Position numbers and translations under genes: made by a program. The notes below the pieces were generated by a model. That model worked only from the letters and a program-made list of their open reading frames with translations. It ran no database searches and had not been told where the DNA came from. Below, piece after piece: positions 28,116 to 36,291 of a stretch of DNA of 50,499 nt. This stretch comes from Nitrospiraceae bacterium (GTDB lineage: Bacteria; Nitrospirota; Nitrospiria; Nitrospirales; Nitrospiraceae), in contig JACMLT010000287.1 of the NCBI GenBank assembly GCA_014379455.1, forward strand, positions 1-50,499. Reading direction: 5' to 3'. Position 1 is the stretch's first letter, and each line of letters starts with the position of its first letter.

Positions 28116-28963
28116 TGCGTGCGAATTTAGGGTGTGGGAATCAGATTTGTCCGGGCTGGATAAACATCGACATCACCCGCACCGGACCGAGCGTCGTAGC
28201 TCATGACCTTTCAACGGGTATTCCATTGCCGAATGAGAGCTGTGAGGTTGTCTATCATTCGCATGTTCTGGAGCACCTGAAGCGACCCGATGCACAATTC
28301 TTTATGCGGGAATGTTTTCGTGTGCTGAAGCCTGGCGGTATTCTCAGGGTTGCGGTACCGGATCTTGAACAGGTATGCCGCCAGTATCTCCTGACACTTG
28401 ATCAGGTGTTGGGCAAGAAGGTTCATGCCGCGTATGACTATGAGTGGATCATGCTGGAACTCTTTGATCAAATGGTCCGACCTCAGAGTGGTGGGAGCAT
28501 GCACGCATACCTACAGGAGAATCCGCTACCCAATGAGGCATTTGTGTATGAGCGAATCGGCGAAGTGGGCCGTGAAATGGTCTCTTCACTTCGCGCCTCA
28601 GTTGGCCAAGTGGGGCATTCATCGGGGAACCTCAGTCTTGGCATCCCGGTGTTTCTACGGAAAATGTGGTGGCGTATGGGGGTGAAGCTCACCCAAAAGT
28701 TAGTCTTCTGGGCCAGCGGACGTCGATTCATAGAAGCTTACCGACTTGGACGTTTTCGAATGGGAGGAGAAGTCCATCAGTGGATGTACGATCGATATTC
28801 TCTCGCGCAGTTGATGAAGTCCGTCGGGTTGAAGGATCCACGCCAAGAGACAGCGCTGACCAGTAGGATTCTCGGATGGACAGATGTGCCCCTCGATATC
28901 CTTCCAGATCGGACGGTGAGAAAACCGGACTCGCTCTTTATGGAAGCGCTGCGGCCCAAGTGA
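28112..28963 (+). CDS. class I SAM-dependent methyltransferase
   Basis: ANLGCGNQICPGWINIDI, VVYHSHVLEHL and LKPGGILRVAVPD. Its start overlaps the upstream stop (ATGA). Confidence 0.75.
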   Translation: MMRANLGCGNQICPGWINIDITRTGPSVVAHDLSTGIPLPNESCEVVYHSHVLEHLKRPDAQFFMRECFRVLKPGGILRVAVPDLEQVCRQYLLTLDQVLGKKVHAAYDYEWIMLELFDQMVRPQSGGSMHAYLQENPLPNEAFVYERIGEVGREMVSSLRASVGQVGHSSGNLSLGIPVFLRKMWWRMGVKLTQKLVFWASGRRFIEAYRLGRFRMGGEVHQWMYDRYSLAQLMKSVGLKDPRQETALTSRILGWTDVPLDILPDRTVRKPDSLFMEALRPK

Positions 28964-29029
28964 CCTGTACGAGCGGTCGTCATAGCGGAATTGTGGCAAT
29001 ACTGTGAAAAGGAATAACCGGTTTTAACG

Positions 29030-30016
29030 ATGATAGAGAATATCTTTCGAGGGCGAAACATCATGATTACCGGAGGGCTTGGCTTTATTGGGTCGAATTT
29101 GGCGAAGCGTTTGGTCGATTTGGGTGGCCAGGTGACGGTCGTCGATAGTTTAGTGCCGGAGTATGGTGGGAATCTTTATAACGTCGATGGATTCAGAGAT
29201 CGTCTGCGCATCAATATTTCCGATGTCCGAGATCGCTATAGCATGCAATATCTGGTGGAAGGGCAAGACTATCTGTTCAATTTGGCAGGGCAAACAAGTC
29301 ACATGGATTCGATGGAGGATCCAGATACAGATTTGGAAATTAATTGTCGCGCACAACTGTCGATCCTTGAGATCTGTCGGCATCATAATCCTCGGATCAA
29401 GATCGTCTTTGCGAGTACGAGGCAGATATATGGCAAGCCAGATTACCTGCCTGTGGATGAGGCCCATCCGTCGCGACCTACGGACGTCAATGGCATCAAC
29501 AAGATGGCGGGAGAGTGGTACCACATTCTGTACAGTAACGTGTATGGCCTTCGGGCTTGCGCGCTACGTTTGACCAATACGATAGGCCCTCGTATGCGAA
29601 TCAAAGATGCACGTCAAACGTTCTTGGGGGTGTGGATACGCTGTTTACTTGAACGCAAGCCTTTTGAAGTATGGGGCGGTGATCAATTGAGAGATTTCAC
29701 TTATGTCGACGATGTTGTTGAGGCCTGCCTGATGAGTGCGGCCAGCGAGGAGACCAATGGCCAGGTGTTCAATCTTGGAAGCTGCGAGGTCATCAGCTTG
29801 AAGGATCTGGCGGAGATGCTTGTCGAGGTCAATGGTGAAGGGCAGTACACAGTCAGGGCGTTTCCTCCAGACCGTAAACGGATCGACATCGGCGACTATT
29901 ACGCAGATTTCAGCCGCATCCGTTCCGTGGTTCAGTGGGAGCCCACCGTGTCTCTTCGGAACGGACTTGCGAATACCATTGCCTATTACCGTGAACATGG
30001 TGCGCACTATGTGTGA
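29030..30016 (+). CDS. extended SDR (NAD-dependent epimerase/dehydratase fold) with a non-canonical active-site motif
   Basis: ITGGLGFIGSNL and FASTRQIYG. The expected YxxxK position reads N-G-I-N-K (PTDVNGINKMAGEWY). Confidence 0.8.
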   Translation: MIENIFRGRNIMITGGLGFIGSNLAKRLVDLGGQVTVVDSLVPEYGGNLYNVDGFRDRLRINISDVRDRYSMQYLVEGQDYLFNLAGQTSHMDSMEDPDTDLEINCRAQLSILEICRHHNPRIKIVFASTRQIYGKPDYLPVDEAHPSRPTDVNGINKMAGEWYHILYSNVYGLRACALRLTNTIGPRMRIKDARQTFLGVWIRCLLERKPFEVWGGDQLRDFTYVDDVVEACLMSAASEETNGQVFNLGSCEVISLKDLAEMLVEVNGEGQYTVRAFPPDRKRIDIGDYYADFSRIRSVVQWEPTVSLRNGLANTIAYYREHGAHYV

Positions 30017-30043
30017 ACAATTCGAGGGCTGGACTTGCGAATC

Positions 30044-31174
30044 ATGATTCCGCAGACCAGTCCTGGCGCAAGCTATCGTGCGCACCAGACAGAGATTGAT
30101 GGCGCTGTGGCTCGCGTCATGCAGAGTGGAGTATACATCCTCGGGAAAGAAGTTTCGGCATTTGAGACGGAGTTTTCTACTTACTTGGGATCCCGGTATG
30201 GGATTGGCGTTGGGAGCGGAACTGATGCACTTCACATTGCACTCCGGGCCTGTGGCATTGGGACGGGTGACAGGGTGGCGACGACTCCTTTGACCGCCTC
30301 GGCTACCGCCGCCGCGATTGAGATGGCAGGAGCGATCCCGATGTTTGTCGACGTTGATCCCCGCACCGGCCTTCTCGACCCTGAACGGCTTGAACGAGCA
30401 ATCAAGGGTGCTGGGTCTCAACGACTGAAAGCGATCGTCCCCGTCCATCTCTATGGCTATCCAGCCGATATGGAGGCGATTACGGCCTTAGCCAATCGAT
30501 ATGGGCTGATGGTGATCGAGGACTGTGCGCAGTCTCATGGCGCGTCGATTGATCTGAGGAAAGTGGGTACTTGGGGGCACATGGCGGCTTTCAGTTTTTA
30601 CCCCACGAAAAATTTGGGTGGAATGGGCGATGGTGGGGCTGTCATCACAAATGATCGGAGTCTGGCGGAGAAGGCGCTACTCTTGCGCGAATACGGGTGG
30701 CGCGAACGGTATGTCAGTGAACGAGCTGGGGTGAACTCTCGGCTGGATGAGATGCAGGCGGCGATTCTTCGAGCCAAACTGCCACATCTCGATCATGAGA
30801 ATAGACGGCGACGTGAGGTAGCCGAGCTGTACGCGCGCGCCCTGCCAGGGGCGACCTTGGATACCATCCGGCCAACTGCGAAGGTGCAGCACGTGTATCA
30901 TCAATATGTGGTGATGTGCGATCGACGGGATGAACTTCTATCCTTTCTGAAAAAGGAAGGCATAGGGGCGTTGATTCACTACCCGGTACCACTTCACCGG
31001 CAGCCGGCCTATTACTCACGAAGGCCTCCGCAGGAGGATGCACTGGCCAATAGTGAGAGCATGTGCGGGCGAGTTCTGAGCCTCCCCATGTTCCCTGAAT
31101 TGACGAACGAACAAGTGGACATGGTTATTCACGTAGTCAACCAATGGGAGACGGCTGTCAGGGTACCTGTATGA
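30044..31174 (+). CDS. DegT/DnrJ/EryC1/StrS-family PLP-dependent sugar aminotransferase
   Basis: GSGTDALHIAL, HLYGYPADM and FSFYPTKNLGGMGDGGAV (PLP lysine). ATG 30044 is preferred over TTG 30035. Confidence 0.9.
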   Translation: MIPQTSPGASYRAHQTEIDGAVARVMQSGVYILGKEVSAFETEFSTYLGSRYGIGVGSGTDALHIALRACGIGTGDRVATTPLTASATAAAIEMAGAIPMFVDVDPRTGLLDPERLERAIKGAGSQRLKAIVPVHLYGYPADMEAITALANRYGLMVIEDCAQSHGASIDLRKVGTWGHMAAFSFYPTKNLGGMGDGGAVITNDRSLAEKALLLREYGWRERYVSERAGVNSRLDEMQAAILRAKLPHLDHENRRRREVAELYARALPGATLDTIRPTAKVQHVYHQYVVMCDRRDELLSFLKKEGIGALIHYPVPLHRQPAYYSRRPPQEDALANSESMCGRVLSLPMFPELTNEQVDMVIHVVNQWETAVRVPV

Positions 31175-32202
31175 TGCGCTATTTCTGCACCTATTTTGAC
31201 CGGAATTATCTGGCCAGAGGACTCGCCCTCTATCGGTCTCTCCAACGGGCCTGTCCGTCTTTTGAACTCTGGGTTCTCTGCTTGGATGCGGTGTGCCACA
31301 GAGCGCTTTCAGAATTGCGGATATCCGGGATGTATCTCATCTCTCTGGAGGAGCTTGAGCAGAGCGATCGCCAGTTGTGTGCAGTGAAAAGTACCAGGTC
31401 GCTGCTCGAGTACTATTTTACATGCTCACCGTGCTTGCCGTCGTTTGTACTGAGTCACTATACGCATGTGGATCGGATCACGTATCTGGACGCGGATCTG
31501 TATTTCTTTCGCGATCCGTCGGATGTATTTGATGAGATCGAGCATTCTTCCATTGCCATTATCCCCCATCGGTTTCATCCCACATTCGTAGGTAGAGAAC
31601 AGTTCGGAATTTATAATGTGGGGTGGGTCTCATTTCGGCGCGATGAACCAGGTATGGCGTGTCTATCAAAATGGAGGGAGCAGTGTTTGGACTGGTGCTA
31701 TGTCCGGTGTGAGGCTGATCGATTTGCCGATCAGAAGTATCTTGATCGATGGCCAGCTGACTTCTCGAACGTTGCGGTGATTCGGCATAAAGGTGCCAAT
31801 CTCGCTCCTTGGAACGTGGCGAACTATCATCTTCGGCATACTGAGAGCGGAGTATATGTGGAGAACGAGCCACTCATTTTTTTTCATTTTCACTATCTGA
31901 AGCAGGTGAATAAGTGGGTCTACAATCCCGGTCTCTCCGAATATAAGACCTCCTTGGTGCGTGTGTTACGCAACTATATCTACGTGCCATATATTCGTGC
32001 GCTACGAGATGCCGAAGCAGAGGTCCAGGCGGTGCTCCCTCCTGGCGACATTCGTAGTCGAGGGGATTGGGGGGATTCAACGGATGAGCCCGAGGCGCAT
32101 TCCCAGGGGACGGTTTCCGGCGTCGCGCATTCTATAAGGAATGTTGTTGGATTTTGGCGTGGTGTGGTGGCCGGCGACTATGTGGTGGTGACGCATGAGT
32201 AA
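31171..32202 (+). CDS. putative GT-A-fold (DxD, GT8-like) glycosyltransferase
   Basis: MMRYFCTYFDRNYLARGLALYRSL ... ITYLDADLYFF (DxD) ... ADQKYLD. ATG 31171 overlaps the upstream TGA. The family was not firmly recognised. Confidence 0.5.
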   Translation: MMRYFCTYFDRNYLARGLALYRSLQRACPSFELWVLCLDAVCHRALSELRISGMYLISLEELEQSDRQLCAVKSTRSLLEYYFTCSPCLPSFVLSHYTHVDRITYLDADLYFFRDPSDVFDEIEHSSIAIIPHRFHPTFVGREQFGIYNVGWVSFRRDEPGMACLSKWREQCLDWCYVRCEADRFADQKYLDRWPADFSNVAVIRHKGANLAPWNVANYHLRHTESGVYVENEPLIFFHFHYLKQVNKWVYNPGLSEYKTSLVRVLRNYIYVPYIRALRDAEAEVQAVLPPGDIRSRGDWGDSTDEPEAHSQGTVSGVAHSIRNVVGFWRGVVAGDYVVVTHE

Positions 32203-32278
32203 GTCGGATGCTGGCAGTACGGGAACAGGCAAGGCGCACAGCTCTGCGCGGAGCGCTAGTTCTCGAAGGATAGCGTGA

Positions 32279-33118
32279 ATGGACTCTGCTTCGCTGAAGA
32301 AGGCAATCCGTGCGATGTTGTGCTGGCTCAACCTCGACATCTATCGGCTCGATTCGGCAAAGGCAGTTTCACTATCGCGGAGTGGGCTCGATGGTCTCTT
32401 GCGTCAGGCCCACGCAATGGGATTCATTCCGACGACGGTGGTGGATGTAGGCGCTGCCTATGGTTCGTTTGCACGCCAATGTTTTTCTGTATTTCCAAAG
32501 GCCAGGTTTCTCCTGCTTGAACCGCTGGCTGAATATCAGCCCCTCCTGAATACACTGATAGATGCGATGCCTACCGCACAGTGCATTATGGCTGCGGCTT
32601 CGGCTCATCAAGGAGAGGTGGCTCTCAACGTCCATCCAGACTTCGTAGGCTCTTCTCTCTTTCGCGAAGTCGAGAAGGATACTCGTGTCAATGGTGTGGT
32701 AAGAACTGTTCGAGCCATAACCATTGATAGTCTTGTCAAAGAGACAGGGGCAACGGGGCCTTTCTTACTCAAGGTGGATGTGCAAGGGGCAGAGCTGGAC
32801 GTGCTTCGCGGTGCGGAAAGGATGCTAGCAGACACCGAATACATTCTATTAGAAGTATCGTTGTTCAATTTTTTCCAAGATGGCCCAGACTTTCATGATG
32901 TAGTCATGTACATGAAAAGCCGAGGATTTGTGGCCAATGATATTTCCGGGTTGCAGTACAGACCATTAGACAATGCGCTCTCTCAGGTCGATATCGCGTT
33001 TGTGAAAGAGCGAGGTCTGTTCCGTCAGCGACATTTCTACGCAACTCCAGAACAGCGCGAGGCGCAGGACAGGCGAATCCGTACTCACATGGAGGAGCTG
33101 TTCGCTCGGGCACGATAA
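32279..33118 (+). CDS. FkbM-family SAM-dependent methyltransferase
   Basis: VVDVGAAYGSF ... LLLEPL ... LKVDVQGAELDVLRGA. Confidence 0.8.
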   Translation: MDSASLKKAIRAMLCWLNLDIYRLDSAKAVSLSRSGLDGLLRQAHAMGFIPTTVVDVGAAYGSFARQCFSVFPKARFLLLEPLAEYQPLLNTLIDAMPTAQCIMAAASAHQGEVALNVHPDFVGSSLFREVEKDTRVNGVVRTVRAITIDSLVKETGATGPFLLKVDVQGAELDVLRGAERMLADTEYILLEVSLFNFFQDGPDFHDVVMYMKSRGFVANDISGLQYRPLDNALSQVDIAFVKERGLFRQRHFYATPEQREAQDRRIRTHMEELFARAR

Positions 33119-34026
33119 TGGAGAAACCACTTCCCATCATTTCCGTCGTGACCCCTTCATATAACCAAGGGCGATTCCTTGAGGAAACGATCTGTTCCGT
33201 ACTCACGCAGAGTTATCCTCGCGTTGAGTATGTCGTGATTGATGGCGCCTCTTCAGATGACAGTGTAGAGATCATTCGGAAGTATGCGGGCCAATTGACC
33301 TATTGGGTGAGCGAGACGGATAAGGGGCAATACGACGCGATTAACAAAGGGTTTGCCCGAACGACCGGAGAGATTATGGCGTGGCTCAACAGTGACGATA
33401 AGTATACCCCATGGGCGTTGACAGTCGTCGCAGACATTTTTCAGTTGTTCCCCCATGTTGAATGGATTACCAGTGTCCAGCCAATGCGTTGGAATGAGAG
33501 AGGCCAGGTTGTTGATGTTGACTTTACGGGTGGGTTTAATCGGCACTCATTCTTGCGTGGAGGGAATTTCCCTGTGAACGGATCGCACGGGAGAAGGTGG
33601 ATCCAGCAGGAATCAACCTTTTGGAGGCGTTCATTGTGGGAGCGGGCAGGCGGACGTCTAGATTGCTCATTGGGTCTCGCGGCTGACTTCGAATTGTGGG
33701 CCAGGCTATTCCAGCATGCGGATCTCTACGGAGTGAGTGCGATTCTTGGAGGGTTTCGAGAACATGGGGATCAGAAGTCGATTCACCAGCGTGAGCAGTA
33801 TATGCGCGAGGCTGATCAGACACTGCGGAGTTATGGGAAGTGGCCTTGTAGTGTAGGGCAAAGACTCTTGCGCGATATTATCTGGAAAGTATTTCGGCAA
33901 CATTCGCTCGCCTCCATTTCCCCGCAGCTCCGTTCGCTCTTGCATCAGACAGGACTGTTTTATCCTGCTTCCGTTGCTGTCTGGAAAGGAAAAGAATGGG
34001 AAATGATTACCGGCTTTGTCGTGTAG
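33118..34026 (+). CDS. family 2 (GT-A) glycosyltransferase
   Basis: ISVVTPSYNQGRFL...VEYVVIDGASSDDS...SETDKGQYDAINKG...NSDD. There is a 1-nt overlap with the upstream TAA. Confidence 0.85.
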   Translation: MEKPLPIISVVTPSYNQGRFLEETICSVLTQSYPRVEYVVIDGASSDDSVEIIRKYAGQLTYWVSETDKGQYDAINKGFARTTGEIMAWLNSDDKYTPWALTVVADIFQLFPHVEWITSVQPMRWNERGQVVDVDFTGGFNRHSFLRGGNFPVNGSHGRRWIQQESTFWRRSLWERAGGRLDCSLGLAADFELWARLFQHADLYGVSAILGGFREHGDQKSIHQREQYMREADQTLRSYGKWPCSVGQRLLRDIIWKVFRQHSLASISPQLRSLLHQTGLFYPASVAVWKGKEWEMITGFVV

Positions 34027-34041
34027 CCATGTATCCTATCC

Positions 34042-35181
34042 TTGGAGTGGCATGTTGCTGTGAATCATCCAATCAAATTGTTGTTTCTTGTGGTCGGTCT
34101 TGGGGTGGGAGGGACTGAGTCACATCTGCTTGAACTTGCCTCACGCATCGACCGAAAGAAGTTTGAGGTGGTAGTCGTTTCTCTCAAGTCAGGTGGGGCG
34201 TTGGTATCGGAGTTACAGTCCCGCGGGGTCCGAGTCCTTTCCTTAAATGGGAAGGGGAAGCTGGACATTCGGGTCCTTTTCAGGCTGCGGGAAATTATTC
34301 GGTCAGAGCGGCCCGATGTGGTGCAGTCTTTTCTATTTTGGGCCAACGTGGCATCGCGGCTTGTACGACAAGCCGGCAAGAAGGTGTGTGTGGTCTCTGC
34401 CTATCATGACCAAGTGGCGCTGGAAGGGTGGCTGAACCGTCTTGTCGATCGAGTCACCATGAGGTGGACCAGTCGATTGGTGTGCTGTTCGCATGCCGTG
34501 CGGCGTTCGGTCAAGTCTCGGATAGGCGGTCGCGAGGAACAATTCGTCGTTATCCCATTTGGGGTCGAGACTGGTCGCTTTCGAGGCGTGGCGTCTCTGT
34601 TGAGAAATGAATTAGGTCTGCAGGAAGGAGTGCCGATTATTGGCACTGTCTGCCGGTTAGTTGAGCCGAAGAAAGGGCTGCGATTTCTCCTGGAAGCAGT
34701 CGTACAGTTAGAGAAAGAAGTTGATGGTCCTTCCTGTCAGGTATTGATTGTGGGTGATGGGCCAGCAGAGGAGCATCTTCGAGTGATGGCTCAACAGTTG
34801 GGCATCGCGTCGCGCGTCATATTCGCTGGAGTACGACGGGATATCCCGCAACTGTTGCCATTGCTGGACGCATTCGTACTGCCCTCGCTATACGAGGGGT
34901 TTGGCATTGCCATTCTTGAAGCGATGGCCGCGGGTCGGCCGGTCGTCGCGACGACAGTTGGAGGGATCCCTGAGTTTGTGACACATGGCGAGACGGGTAT
35001 CCTTGTCGAACCGGGTGATGCGACTGCGTTGGCTCGCGCGATACAGACGATATTAGCGAACCCTGAGGATGCATGCCAGATGGGGTTAAGAGGGCAGCGT
35101 CACGTCCAGGAAAACTTTGAAATAGCCACAGTCGTTCGTCGGCATGAGGAGGTTTACGAGGCTTGCCTTGTCGAGTCATAG
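34042..35181 (+). CDS. GT4-family glycosyltransferase
   Basis: IKLLFLVVGLGVGGTESH and YEGFGIAILEAMAAGRPVVATTVGGIPEFV. The start is uncertain (TTG 34042 or GTG 34060). Confidence 0.85.
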   Translation: MEWHVAVNHPIKLLFLVVGLGVGGTESHLLELASRIDRKKFEVVVVSLKSGGALVSELQSRGVRVLSLNGKGKLDIRVLFRLREIIRSERPDVVQSFLFWANVASRLVRQAGKKVCVVSAYHDQVALEGWLNRLVDRVTMRWTSRLVCCSHAVRRSVKSRIGGREEQFVVIPFGVETGRFRGVASLLRNELGLQEGVPIIGTVCRLVEPKKGLRFLLEAVVQLEKEVDGPSCQVLIVGDGPAEEHLRVMAQQLGIASRVIFAGVRRDIPQLLPLLDAFVLPSLYEGFGIAILEAMAAGRPVVATTVGGIPEFVTHGETGILVEPGDATALARAIQTILANPEDACQMGLRGQRHVQENFEIATVVRRHEEVYEACLVES

Positions 35182-35244
35182 CGGAGTCTGGTCGGCAAGT
35201 ATGGAGTATGGGAAATGGTGACAGCGTAGAGCGAGGTCGCTGTA

Positions 35245-36291
35245 GTGTATTTGTATCCTCTCACATTTATCCTGGCTTTCGTCGTCGCATGGTATGGCGT
35301 CCCGATTGCTCGGCAGGCAGCGCTGAAATACGGCATTGTGGATGCGCCGGATGGCCGTCTGAAGCATCAGAAGGCGCCGGTCCCATACTTCGGTGGGCTC
35401 GCGATATATCTCGCCTTTCTCATGAGCTTGGCCTTTACCTTCGAGTTTCGCCAGGATGTGCTTGGCATTATTCTCGGTGGGACGATTGTTGTGATGCTCG
35501 GGCTCATCGACGATTTCGGTGTATTGACGCCTTGGACAAAGCTTACAGGACAACTCCTTGCTATCTTTGTGTTGATCAAGAGTGGAATTAGGATTGAGAT
35601 TGCCGCGCTGCCTGAGTGGGTAGATCTCACGCTGACGGTGTTCTGGATGGTGGGATTGATCAATGCATTCAATTTGCTCGACATCATGGACGGCCTCTCG
35701 GCAGGTGTGGGGGCGGTCAGCGCAAGCTGTCTGCTGGTCGTCGCCTTCCTGCAAGGCGATCAAACAATTGCCGTGATGCTTGTCGCGTTGATCGGAAGCT
35801 TGCTGGGATTTCTCAAATACAACTGGCATCCGGCTCGGATCTACATGGGCGACACGGGCGCGATGTTTATTGGGTTACTTCTTGGGGCGATGGCGATGAT
35901 CGGGAAATATCCCAGCGAACATCCTCTCTCGCTCCTCACCCCTGTGTTTATTTTAGGCATTCCAATATTTGACACCCTGTTTGTGATGTACATTCGCTAC
36001 AGGCGTGGGCTGCCCATCCTTTTGGGAAGTCCGGATCACGCCGCGATTCGACTGCGTCATTGGGGGATGTCAGTCCCACAGATCGTGATTACGAGCTATG
36101 TGGCTGCGGCAGTCGTGGGAGTAATCGGCCTTATGATGCTGTCAGTCAGCCTGGAAGTGGGGTGGGTGCTCTGTGCGGGGACAGCTGGCGCACTCTTACT
36201 CGTGACCATGCTATTGAAAAAGGTCGATACCCGTCGGCCTGGGCAGGTTGATGTCTCATCATCAGACAGTGGAGGAGCGAAAGCAGCATGA
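35245..36291 (+). CDS. polyprenyl-phosphate sugar-1-phosphate transferase, MraY/WecA family (initiating transferase)
   Basis: 348 aa and polytopic, with DAPDGRLKHQKAPVPYFGGLAIY, NAFNLLDIMDGLSAG and YMGDTGAMFIG. GTG start. Confidence 0.85.
   Translation: MYLYPLTFILAFVVAWYGVPIARQAALKYGIVDAPDGRLKHQKAPVPYFGGLAIYLAFLMSLAFTFEFRQDVLGIILGGTIVVMLGLIDDFGVLTPWTKLTGQLLAIFVLIKSGIRIEIAALPEWVDLTLTVFWMVGLINAFNLLDIMDGLSAGVGAVSASCLLVVAFLQGDQTIAVMLVALIGSLLGFLKYNWHPARIYMGDTGAMFIGLLLGAMAMIGKYPSEHPLSLLTPVFILGIPIFDTLFVMYIRYRRGLPILLGSPDHAAIRLRHWGMSVPQIVITSYVAAAVVGVIGLMMLSVSLEVGWVLCAGTAGALLLVTMLLKKVDTRRPGQVDVSSSDSGGAKAA

Noticed and set aside
29645-30448. 267-aa antisense ORF spanning the SDR/DegT junction. The same applies to similar long antisense ORFs at 10449..11156, 35176..35829, 43973..44716 and 45733..46374.
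   Set aside because: Each overlaps a sense gene with strong family motifs. The translations are Arg/Pro/His-rich with no motifs. One even spans a gene boundary.
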